Shown piece by piece: positions 46,215-56,482 of a stretch of 64,000 nucleotides of DNA. The notes under the pieces were generated by a model. That model was not told the origin of the DNA, ran no database searches, and worked only from the letters and a program-made list of their open reading frames with translations. The stretch spans positions 849,612-913,611 of the forward strand of contig WELB01000029.1 of NCBI GenBank assembly GCA_009602725.1, given 5' to 3'. The stretch is from Spirogloea muscicola (Eukaryota). Position 1 is the stretch's first letter. Each line of letters opens with the position of its first letter. The position numbers were made by a program, and so were the translations under genes.

Positions 46215-47225
46215 AAAGAAATGTTGTGCCCCATCTACTTGTGCACTTCAGCGGTGCACTGCACGCTGCCTGGTAAGAGTGGAGTGGGCTTACTATTATC
46301 GCCATGGGAGTGGCCGTGTCATCTCATAGAGAAATGAGATGTTGGGGTGCTTTTCACTGACCTGCTGGGTTGGGGAACACTGGCTAGGAGGTTATACTTC
46401 GTAATGGAGACACACAGCTCAGGCCTCAGGGCGGATTGTGAGCAGCATGGCTCTTGGCGGTGCCCATCAGCGCGGGCATGGCCATTTACGAGGTTTTGGC
46501 CTTGAGAGAAGGGGCTGGCGCATGCCAGAAGGGGGGTGGTGTTAAGCGTGCGTCGACAGCTGAGCCTAAGATCTGCTTTGCAGCTCGCACGTTCGTCCCT
46601 CTTTACTCTTCACTTAGGCGCAATACTTGGTAGCAGAAAGTATTTCTCAGAAGGGGGCAAAGTCCTGTAGAACAGCCTAGTAAAAATTGGACAATGACAG
46701 CGCTGATATACGTTATGTGGCTAAGCTCTTCAGAGAGCTGATAGAGGGGCTTCCTATCTGTTTCTTTCTGCTTCTGGAAGTGTACGACGAATGCAGGCAC
46801 TTGTTGGACAGATGGACAGGCTGCTCACAAAGGCAGCCCTGTGGCCAGCAAGCATGTGGCAACCTGAAGACTTGAACGTGTCATCACAAGGAGCGCTTGA
46901 CTTTTAGAGGACAGCATGGTCTGCACGAGTTTCCATTCTGGACATGATGCTCTGCACTTGCTACCACTACAGGGGACATACAATGCAGATATTCGTCCAA
47001 TGACTCCTAGTAGGAGTGCACCATGTACGCAATGATCATTGTTATGACACTAAACGCACTTGAAGATCTGTGCAGCGTGAGAGCTGCAAAATTATACATA
47101 CTTTGCTACATCAGAGCAACTTTCTTTGGCAGGCAGTCTTGGTGCTTAAGATTGGCTATTCAAGCAGTGGGATCGAACAACACAGTATTTGCAGTGCACT
47201 TTGTGCATTCGACAGCTGCCTGCCG

Positions 47226-49167
47226 CTACAATGTCTTACATAGAGTGGCATGCGATGGGCAGTGGGGGTACTCCTGCTGATCTGGGCGGCCGAGCTCGTG
47301 CTGGGGAAAGCACGCGCAGCGCATGCGCTTTCCCTGGCCACCCACCCGGAAGACCTTGCGCGGGTGCAGCCCATTGTCGCACCACACCTGCCCCCACAGG
47401 ACGTCACAGGATCGACTTCTTTATCAAAATTCTAGTGACTAAAAGGACAGACCTGAGGCTCTATGGTCACTAGATCTGTGCCTCGCTATGCAGGCGGCAC
47501 AAGCTTTAGGGTGATCCACAATCAAGATACAGCGAGCTTGCCTGCCTCCATCTCAAATTGCAGCTGTAGGGGTTCTCTTATCTCATGCTGAATCAAGAGT
47601 TAGGGGTAAGAGCATAAGAGCCCTTCTTGTCATACCTCCCCGCCGACGCCTTGGGACCAGCGCGAGTTGCATGACGGGTGCTGTCGCTCTGCCTCCTTCT
47701 CCTTCTTGGCCTCCTCAGCGGCGTGGGCGCTGCCCACCTCCACCTCCATCAAGATGTCTTTGGGGTTGCCCTTGTCGTCATAGAAGCGTCCCTCCACCTT
47801 GCCTACGGGGCTGCGGAGCCGTCAACAGCACTGCCTGTCAGAGACTAAGCTGATCATACACTTGCCAGACGCCTGGCGAGATTGGCAAGCGAGATCTACC
47901 TCAGAGTTAGTGGTAAGCATGAGGGGCACTCACGTGTACGATCCCTCGAAGAAACTACGCCAACTCTTGAGGCCTGCGAGCTGCACGCGGCGTCAAGATG
48001 ATGCTATCTTGCACTGTCGCAGCAGCAGAACAGAGGGGCAGACCACAATTTTGCGCTTGAGGCCTCAGGGGTGGCCTGGATCTCTGAAGTACGTCAGAAG
48101 TAGCCGCCGGTGAATGTGCTCACATCAGCGGCCGTGAGGCCCGTGATGTCGTCCGTGAGCCCCTCGCCTGCGATTTATATGCAAATCGGCAACCAGGGCT
48201 CAATCAAGCTCTTCAGAGCTGCTACTGAGATTGCCACACCTGAGACTTAGTCTGAAAGATTGCCATCTGACTTAAGACAACCTCAAACCAGCACGGGGAT
48301 CCCGGCAAGGGCGGCAGAGCGTCCTGGAGATGCTGTCACAGAGGACTGGGTGTGCCACTGGGCTTAAAGCAGCGGTGCATACCATTGAACTTGCCCGAGA
48401 CAAACGCCCGGCTCGCATCCCTGATGACAATTTGCAGGAGGGAATTTGTGCAGTCCATCAGTGCACCGTGCCGATGAGACAGAGGAAGTGCCAATTGTGC
48501 GACTTAAGGGCACAGGGGGCCTCCTCTAGCAGTACGTGCAGGCGCTTCGTTGCTGAGGTGACCCCTTTCCTCACCTCCCAGCAAAGTGGCTGTAGGAGCC
48601 GTCCTTCCCGTAATGGCCGCGCCCCTTTGAGACGTCATACACATTCCTGCCGCCCCAGCAAGATAGAAACATGGGGCCGAGCCTCAGAGAGTCAAAGCTC
48701 TGTCCCACTGTGAAGAGGAACAACGGGGCAGGCAGCACGAAGAGGAAGCGAGCAAGCCGGCAAGAGAGCGAGCGAGGAGGAGAGGAGGAGGCACACAGAC
48801 ACACCCGAGGATGGCCAGCAGGATCGGGCGGCTGGGGTCAGAGCCGTCGTACTGCGCCAGCTCCTCTGCGGTGAAGACCTTCTGTGGCGGTGTGGCCAGC
48901 CCAGACTTGTGGCGTGAGCGAAGGAGGTGTCCATGGAGGCAGCCGGACAGTGTGGGAAGGTGGGCAGCGGGAGCAGCGGCTGAGCGGGACCTCGACGTGG
49001 CCGTGGCCGTGGAGGAAGCCGCTGCGCGTGAGGGTCAGGTAGAGCCCGATGAAGGCCGCGGCGATGCACAGGTAGGCGGCGATGGACGCCCAGAACCCCG
49101 GCAGGCCCTCCGCTGACCGCCGCCGGCCTTCAGCACCCGCGGGCGACGCCGCCGCGGCGGCGGCGGC
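47226..49167 (-). CDS. MAPR4: Cytochrome b5-like heme/steroid-binding protein (MAPR4/neuferricin type); 5' end in gap
   Basis: TM anchor, then KVFTAEELAQYDGSDPSRPILLAILG-NVYDVSKGRGHYG...YSHFAGRDASRAFVSG, VGKVEGRFYD, CNSRWSQ, VWCD...RCACF...CKTL*. Confidence 0.9.
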
Positions 49168-49353
49168 NNNNNNNNNNNNNNNNNNNNNNNNNNNNNNNNN
49201 NNNNNNNNNNNNNNNNNNNNNNNNNNNNNNNNNNNNNNNNNNNNNNNNNNNNNNNNNNNNNNNNNNNNNNNNNNNNNNNNNNNNNNNNNNNNNNNNNNNN
49301 NNNNNNNNNNNNNNNNNNNNNNNNNNNNNNNNNNNNNNNNNNNNNNNNNNNNN
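49168..49353. other. Assembly gap
   Basis: N run. Confidence 0.95.
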
Positions 49354-49990
49354 ATTGACAAGGTTCGAAGGGGCCAAACTACGAGCTAAGCAGCGACTGC
49401 GGGGCCTGAAGAGGCTATGGCAGAACGGGGGAGGATGGACCACTTAGTAGTTACGAGTGAGGAGCCTCACATCCGACAGACTAGCTGCCGGTAAACTATC
49501 CCCCTGACGAAAGCCGGAGGCCGCAGCGAGAGCACGGCCAGCACGCAGATGCAAGGCGTGGGCCATGGACCGCTGGAGGGAGACGGACAAGCGCATACGA
49601 TACACAGGGAAAGAGGCGCTCCGCCGAGACCCAGAGGCGGCGGCCATAGCACGGCCTGCGCGCGCATGGACGGCGTGGGCAAGGGAGCGTTGAAGGGATA
49701 CGGCCAGGCGCATGCGGAAGACATGTGCGAGCGACCCGGCGGCGTTGAAGCCGGGCATCGCCCCTGGCAGACCCGGCCGCCGGTCAATGGCCTGGCGAGC
49801 AAGCCGCTGAATGAGATCCAGCCAGCGGCTGCCGAAAGCCCCGTGTACATCCATCGCCAGGGCCGCGAATTCATCCGGTGGGGGCACCGGGTGATCAGCG
49901 TATTTTCGCTCCTTGCCGCGGGCCGCCTGGCCGACCGCATGCCCTGCAAACGACGCCGATCTGGTGGGGAGGCTAGCCCGAGGAGTGTAC
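49354..49990 (-). mobile_element. 5'-truncated CRE-like retrotransposon: endonuclease C-terminus (duplicated tail), stop at 49444, start of 3' UTR
   Basis: AARGKERKY...FAALAMDVHGAFG...RLAVSLQRSLA fits the K..KY / F...A....G / RLSV.LQR pattern after RLE cores; the UTR motif ggccccttcgaaccttgtc recurs near 53.58 and 53.96 kb. Confidence 0.8.
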
Positions 49991-50176
49991 AAGGTCAGGG
50001 GTTAAGGACCAGCTCTGATAAATCGCTTTCGTTGTTTAATCCGAGTGAGCTCAGCTCTTAGCCTCAACGCCTGACACTCACTCCAAAGCGTATGTCGTGA
50101 AGCCTCGAGCCCTCGGACTCGGGTGTCGCCTCGTGGACCAGGAAAGGAACACTGGCCTGCGTCTGCAGCAGCAGCC

Positions 50177-52824
50177 ATGGCGCCGGCGGCGCACGCGGCT
50201 GCCGACGACGGCGGCCTGGATGCTCGCTATGGGCCGTTTGTGCGCTCTGACAGATACGGCTGCATGGGCACCGGACCGCTGCCGCTGTGGCGCCAGGTGC
50301 TCTGCCCTCTGCTGCCACCGTCGCAGCCGGCCCTGCCTATGCTGCCGCCGCAGCCCATCTCAGGAGCCAGCGAATAGCCCGTGTCCTTGATGCGAAGCTT
50401 CTCCTCAGCTGAGGAAGCTGGCCATGTCCACGGATGCCCATTGCAGGTCGCCTTGGCGGTTGCATCGGTGACGCTGCTCCCAGTCCGCACCGCGCTGGTG
50501 CTGCTGCTGCTTGCGGCGCTCTACGTCGTGTGCCAGGCCTGCACTGTCGGCAATGCTGCATTCGCACGCGATGCGGCGCCCAACGCGCGCCGCGAGCTCG
50601 GTGGCGCGCGCCGTGCGCTGGTGCGCGGCGCCGCCCAGGCGGCTGCACGCGCAGCGCTCTTTGTCATGGGCTTCCACGTCATCCGCGTCACACGGCTGGG
50701 ACCGGCAGACCTGCGTGACCGGCACGGCGGCCTGGGACTGGGCGACCACTCGCTGCCCGAGCGGTCGCCGCAGAAGGGCGGCGAGCGGCTGTACCGGGCA
50801 TGCGCGGTTGTGTCCAACCACGTGTCCTGGGTGGACATCCTCTACCACGTGTCTGCCACCCCTGGCGTCGGCTTTGTTGCCAAGGTCCCAATTACAGGCC
50901 TTAATAAAACGCGACCCTTGACATACAATTTGTTACGCTAATTATGGCATGCTGGCGCCAACCAACGCATCAGATAGTAGTGCTTCGAGACAGGTACCTA
51001 GATACAGTCAGATTGTGACGTGGTAGGCAGAGGGCCCGTCTCCTCGCCAGTCGCTACGCCTTGCAGAGCCCTTGTACTCCATTGGACCTCATGCCACTGA
51101 GCGAAGCCTACGCCCGCCTGTCAGGAGTCTGTCACGCGGCTGCCGATGGTCGGCCTCATAAGGTCTGCAGCCATATTCACCTACCTTCGAGAAGCTTGCC
51201 TTACACAGACTGACACGATCTTGAGCTACGCGTATCAGTAACCGTCCTAAACCTTAGAGGTGTCCGGTTGTGACTTGTTTTAAGAAGTCAAGAACTTCAT
51301 ATTGAGCAGTCCCATGAACCTTGATCACACACTGTGCGAGATGCTCGGCAGCAGTAGACATAGCCCATACTGCATTTCGTCCTCGTATCGCCTGCCTCAC
51401 AACCAGTGCTTGTCGTTGATACATGCAGCAAGTGCATTGGGTGCATATATGTGGACCGGGAAGGCAAGGCAGCAGGACCTGGAGCCACAGGCGGTGTCTC
51501 AGGTGGTTGAGGCTTATGGTATATGTTGTGGTGCAAATCATGATGTCAGCTCATTCATATATACTGCAGTCTGGCACCAATTCAGTCTGACGCGTACTGG
51601 GCTACAAGGATGCCGCTTTGTGGGTTTAGGAGCTAAGGGATTAAGGGTGTAGGTTTACAGTGTTTGACTTGACTCTATTTAGCGTCCAAGCTCGATCTGA
51701 GAGCATGCTTGTTCCTGCAGCCCTGGTGGTGGAGCGAGTGCAAGCAGCTCTCCACATACCGCGCGCTAACCTCACACTTCTCTTTCCTGGTGAGGCTTGG
51801 TGAAGCTCCCCTGGTCAAGGTCCGATCAGATGACATCGTCATGCAGTGTACTGAGCAAGCCCTGGAGATAAAACACCAACCATGTAGAAGGATCTGCCTT
51901 TCTGCACCATAAGTGACTAGTGCTCACATATCTGACGTGCCTAGCATCATAATTTGCATGATGCAGAGGGTACAACTACCAATGGTGCGTACCTCCTTCC
52001 ATTCAAAACGGGAGCTTTTGTTGGGCATGCTCCTGTCCAGCCGATGCTGCTCAAGTACCCCTGCCGGAGCATGAGCCCTGCCTGGGAGAGCATCTCAGGG
52101 GTAAAACGCTCGCAGTACTTGTTGCCTGTATCTAGACTTGCTCACGAACGGGCAAATGCCACCACAGGAAGCCTCCTGAGCTGTCTTGTATGCGAAAATT
52201 GCTCATCTTGATCAACTCTGCCTCGTTCTACTCAGTTGCAAATTGAGAGTGGATTACAGCCCTTGTGCTGCTTCACAATCTGAAGCTTGAACTGACGTCT
52301 GAGTCACAAGTGCAATGAGGAGCTCGGTGCAATTGCATTGCAAGGGGCAGATAAATATGGGATAAGAAGCAGGACCTCTATTTCTCTGATTATCTAATCT
52401 TTGAAGCATGTTTGGTTGATCCCCTGCAGAAGCGGCACATATACCTATTACTTTGCCAAGCCTATCACCTCCTAGAGGTGACAGTATTCCCTGTCTACTC
52501 CCCAACTGCAGCCGAGCGAACCGATCCAAAGCTGTATGCGAGCAATGTCCGCAAGCTGCTTGCTGCTCAGGTCAGTTGCCTGTGTGGGAATGCGAGCTGC
52601 TCTGCCACCTTCTCATTAGGTGAAGATTGATATGACCCCAATCAAGAAAGGCACAGCGGACTGCTTGCATCCTCGAGGACGCCTTCTTGCCAAGCCTGCA
52701 CACTTGTTGAGAAACTTTGGCTAGACACGTTGTGCAGGGAAAGCTGGAGCTCTCGGACCTGACTTTGCAAGACAAGCGGGACTATCATGCTGCCCTTCGA
52801 AGTCGAGATCCTGCTGGATTTTAG
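50177..52824 (+). CDS. LPEAT1: PlsC-family lysophospholipid acyltransferase (LPEAT1-like), multi-exon
   Basis: PFVRSDRYGCMG, VVSNHVSWVDIL (HxxxxD), FVAK, CIGCIYVDRE, LFPEGTTTNG, FKTGAF, DPKLYASNVR, DKRDYHAAL. Confidence 0.92.
51622..51657 (+). repeat. Degenerate TTTAGGG-like tract in an LPEAT intron
   Basis: gggtttaggagctaagggattaagggtgtaggttta. Confidence 0.45.
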
Positions 52825-53459
52825 AAGACCTGCTCCTGCTTTATCGACCAGGCATGACCAGGAGTAGAGCCCTGAGATTCATCTAGCATAATACCCCGTG
52901 CTTGTCGTTCAGTTCTGGTTGCTTCCACCCCCCTTCGACTCCCGTTTCGCTTTGTTGGGACTTGCGGAGCTCTCAAGGTGTGCTTTGTGGGGGGATGTGC
53001 TCGTCACTTGGTATTCCTTTGATAGGTGCTGCCTCAGTAGCAATGAAGTGATGTAGCCCTGGAGGTACCTGCTGCTTCATCTATGCCTTCTGCAGGCTAA
53101 TTCTATGACTGCCTGTTTACTGGCAAAGTCCATGACTGTGCCTGTCCACTACTTGCTTACTGACTTGCCTAGTCAAAAAATGTGTAAATTGTACAAGCTT
53201 CAATTCGCCCAAGGCAAACACCGCTTGCAACCTTGCAGCCCTAGAGTTGCCCACCAAGTGGACACTATCTTGGCTAGTCCTAATAGTGTCCAGCCAAGCG
53301 TGAGAGTCTTCGACCGCACCACTGTGACCGGGCGTTTCTAGTGCGGGGACCATGTTGTGTGCGATGAAATGGTGGAACTAGAGGGTATTACAGCCCTTGC
53401 CCTTGCCCTTGCCCGTGCCCTTGCCACTTCTCGCTTTCACAGCCCCCCTGCCCTTCGAA

Positions 53460-55850
53460 AGAGAGAAGGGCTCGCCCGTTGTAGAGAATAGGAGCTGGAA
53501 AAGGCCAGCCCAAAAAGGTAAATTTCGAGTCAATTTCCAGTTTGTCAACAAACCTCCTATCCATTGTGGTTGAACAAAGTTCGAAGGGGCCAGGGGAAGC
53601 GCTAAAGCTAGCACAAATGGAATCAAGCAGCTACGAAACACCCAGTAACCCCTGCAAAGAAAGCGCGGCCAAATTGACTGGTGGTTGTGAGAGGCCAGCC
53701 CAAAGGAACGGACAAAGTGAAGGAGCCGGATGGCGCAGAAAGCAAGGTACTAATAAGTGCTAAAGCAGCCTGCAGGTCAGAGAAACCGGGCACCTGGTAG
53801 CGGGTCCCGGGCACCTTGGTAGCGGGTCCCCTGGCCAGGGCCAGAGGAAGAGCTCACGTCTTCTCTCACATCTTTCTTTTGCTTTGGACATTCTTTTTAG
53901 GGCTGGCTTTGCCAGCCTCTCTTCTCTATGGGCGAGCACTTCTTCTCTACCGGCCCCTTCGGACCTTGTCCATGCCTTACTATGTCTTTGTCAATTCTTT
54001 TCGGGCTGGCTTTTCACAAGCCCTTGCCCCCATTGTGAGTGCCACTTCTTACTATGGGCTGGCCTTCCCGCTTTATGTCTGTTGTGGACCTTGTCATTCC
54101 TTCGTGGGCTGACTCCTAAGCAATGATCGCCCCATTGAGAGATGTTCTTTGAAAGAGATTTCCTCCCACTCGGTGGTCGGGAAGATGGAGTGTGTCTTTA
54201 AGAGATGGAGGGCCTGTGTGGCTTGGCTAGCACATTACTCCTTGGTAGGACATTTGTAAAGGCTAGAATTGGCCTCACTTTCAATGTCATGCGCTCACCC
54301 CACCTTCTCTCTCTGCTGTGGCCAAGCACATTGACAGATGTGCTTGAGGTTGGCGTGGCGGGGGGACAAGGAAGGAGAAGAAGGGCTCGCCCATTGAGGA
54401 TAGGGGCTGGAAAAAGCCAGCCCAGAAAAGAATGAACAAAGGACGAGAAGGGGCCAGGGGAAGTACGAAGTACAACAAGCACAGAAAAAGAAAAAAAAGA
54501 AACGAAGCAGCTACGAAGCACTCAGTAACCCCTGCTAAGCAGCCTCAGGTCAGAGAGACTGGGTTCCTGGAAGCGGGACCCTTCTCGTCGGGGGCTCTTC
54601 CCTGGTCTCGGCGGAGTGCCTCTTTCCCTCCAGCGAGCTACTCAGACCTGATGTTGCTCACTTATGGGTACTGAGCTTCCCTCTGCATCGTTTCTGTGTT
54701 CTGCAGTGTTTTGTAGTTTCTCCGGCTCCTCTTTCTTTGGCTTTGGACACTGTCCATTCTTTTTTGCGCTGGCTTTGCCAGCCACTCTTCTCTATGGGCG
54801 CGCATTCTCTTTGTTCTCTCTCTGTTCTGGCCTTCCACCGCCATCGCCGCCCCGACTCGGAAGAGAAGTGCGCGCCCATAGAGAAGAGGGGCTGGCAAAG
54901 CCAGCCCAAAAAGGAATGGACATTGTCCAAAGCCAAAAGAAAGAGGAGCAAAAGAAAAGACTCATCCAATAGAGTGCGATGGCTGTGGTGGCCAGCCTGA
55001 GAAAAGAACAAACTTGCGAAAAGCAAGAACTAGCGGGAGAAGGGCTCGCCCGTAGAGCATAGGGGCTGGAAAAGGCCATCCCAAAAAAGAAATGAACGAA
55101 GTGAACTAGCAGGAGCTCTTTTGGAGAGAGAGAAGAAAGACTCTTCCAGCAATTTTAGATGTCATGCGCCTTCTCTCTTCCAGCAGAGGTGGATGGCTGT
55201 GATTGGCCAGTGAGGTAAAGAACGAACAAGGGGCCAGAAAGCGCTCCAGCTAGAGCATCCAGCGACTCTAGTGGCCATTGGGTGCTCAGGAATAGGGAAT
55301 GTTCAGCAGCCGCAGGTGGGCGGTGGAGGGGGCGGTGGTCGTGGAGAGGCCAGCTCATCCAGTGTGAGAGAGGGGGGAAGGCGCGCGGGGCGCATGATAT
55401 GAAAAGGGAGGCCAATTCAAACCAATACACAGTTCAAGCAGAGGCGAGTGCAAATTAAACAAGGCTACATAATATAGAGACCTAAACTAAGGTGCCTAAG
55501 GTGACATTAGTACCCACGGGAGAGCACAAACAAATCGGACAAGCTAACTTGGGGAGCTGGAGCGCCGCCACGAAAGCAGGAAGCCGACTTATAGCGCGCC
55601 CTGCACGTTGATGAAGAGCCAAGGCTTGCGAGCGCAGCAAACAAAGCGAGAGCCGCATTCTATAGTATGCAAGAGAGAGGGAGAGAAAGGACTACACTAC
55701 AACATACTGCAGAACACAGAAACGATGCAGAGGAAAGCTCAGTACCCACGAGTGAGCAACATCAGGTCTGAGAGAAGGCGCGCGCGCGCATGCAATGAAA
55801 GGGTCGCCAGCGAGAGGTAGTGGCCGGGAGAGGCCAGCCAGGAAGACGTT
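53460..55850. mobile_element. Cluster of a dozen or more short 3'-end fragments of the CRE-like family, both orientations
   Basis: ORF ends PSLSDLRLLSRGY* (minus, stop near 54522), ASYSDLMLLTYGY* (plus, 54674), LSDLMLLTRGY* (minus, 55739), degenerate copies near 53645 and 53760; repeated GGGCTGGC-TTT-GCCAGCCC and CTTCTCT ends. Confidence 0.8.
54725..54949. repeat. Inverted repeat, arms 54725-54810 and 54862-54949
   Basis: Reverse complement of the right arm matches the left arm with only a few mismatches or indels. Confidence 0.9.
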
Positions 55851-56005
55851 GAGCAAGAGGCCGGGAAGCTCCCGCAGGCACGGGAGCGCGGAGAGCCGAG
55901 CTTGTGGCCACGAGAGGTGGGCGGAACAGCTCTTCCAACGTAAGGCCATGGAGGGGGAGGCCGAGGGGGGGGAGCGCGGCCGTCCACTGCAGGTGGGGGC
56001 GGGGG

Positions 56006-56248
56006 NNNNNNNNNNNNNNNNNNNNNNNNNNNNNNNNNNNNNNNNNNNNNNNNNNNNNNNNNNNNNNNNNNNNNNNNNNNNNNNNNNNNNNNNNNNNNNN
56101 NNNNNNNNNNNNNNNNNNNNNNNNNNNNNNNNNNNNNNNNNNNNNNNNNNNNNNNNNNNNNNNNNNNNNNNNNNNNNNNNNNNNNNNNNNNNNNNNNNNN
56201 NNNNNNNNNNNNNNNNNNNNNNNNNNNNNNNNNNNNTGGAACAGACGG

Positions 56249-56343
<95 letters not shown>
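56006..56343. other. Assembly gap plus adjoining poly(A) run
   Basis: N run then an A run directly before the GC-rich first exon of the MYB gene. Confidence 0.9.
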
Positions 56344-56344
<1 letters not shown>

Positions 56345-56482
56345 GCCCCTCGCCCCCCGCTCGCCCGCCATGCCGCCGCCGCCGCCGCCGCCGCCGCCGG
56401 CACCGCCGCCGCTTCTGGAGCTTGGCGGCCCGTAGACCGCGGCGCCGGTGTAGCCGCGCACTCGGTCGACGCCCCGGGCGGG

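Noticed and set aside
53460..55110. Hairpin repeats as a CRISPR array or bacterial terminators
   Set aside because: Irregular spacing, mixed orientation, diverged copies, eukaryotic context, no cas genes; explained as element 3' UTRs.
56370..56400. ATG at 56370 as the MYB start
   Set aside because: Out of frame with the MYB exons as written; would fit only with a one-base error next to the gap.
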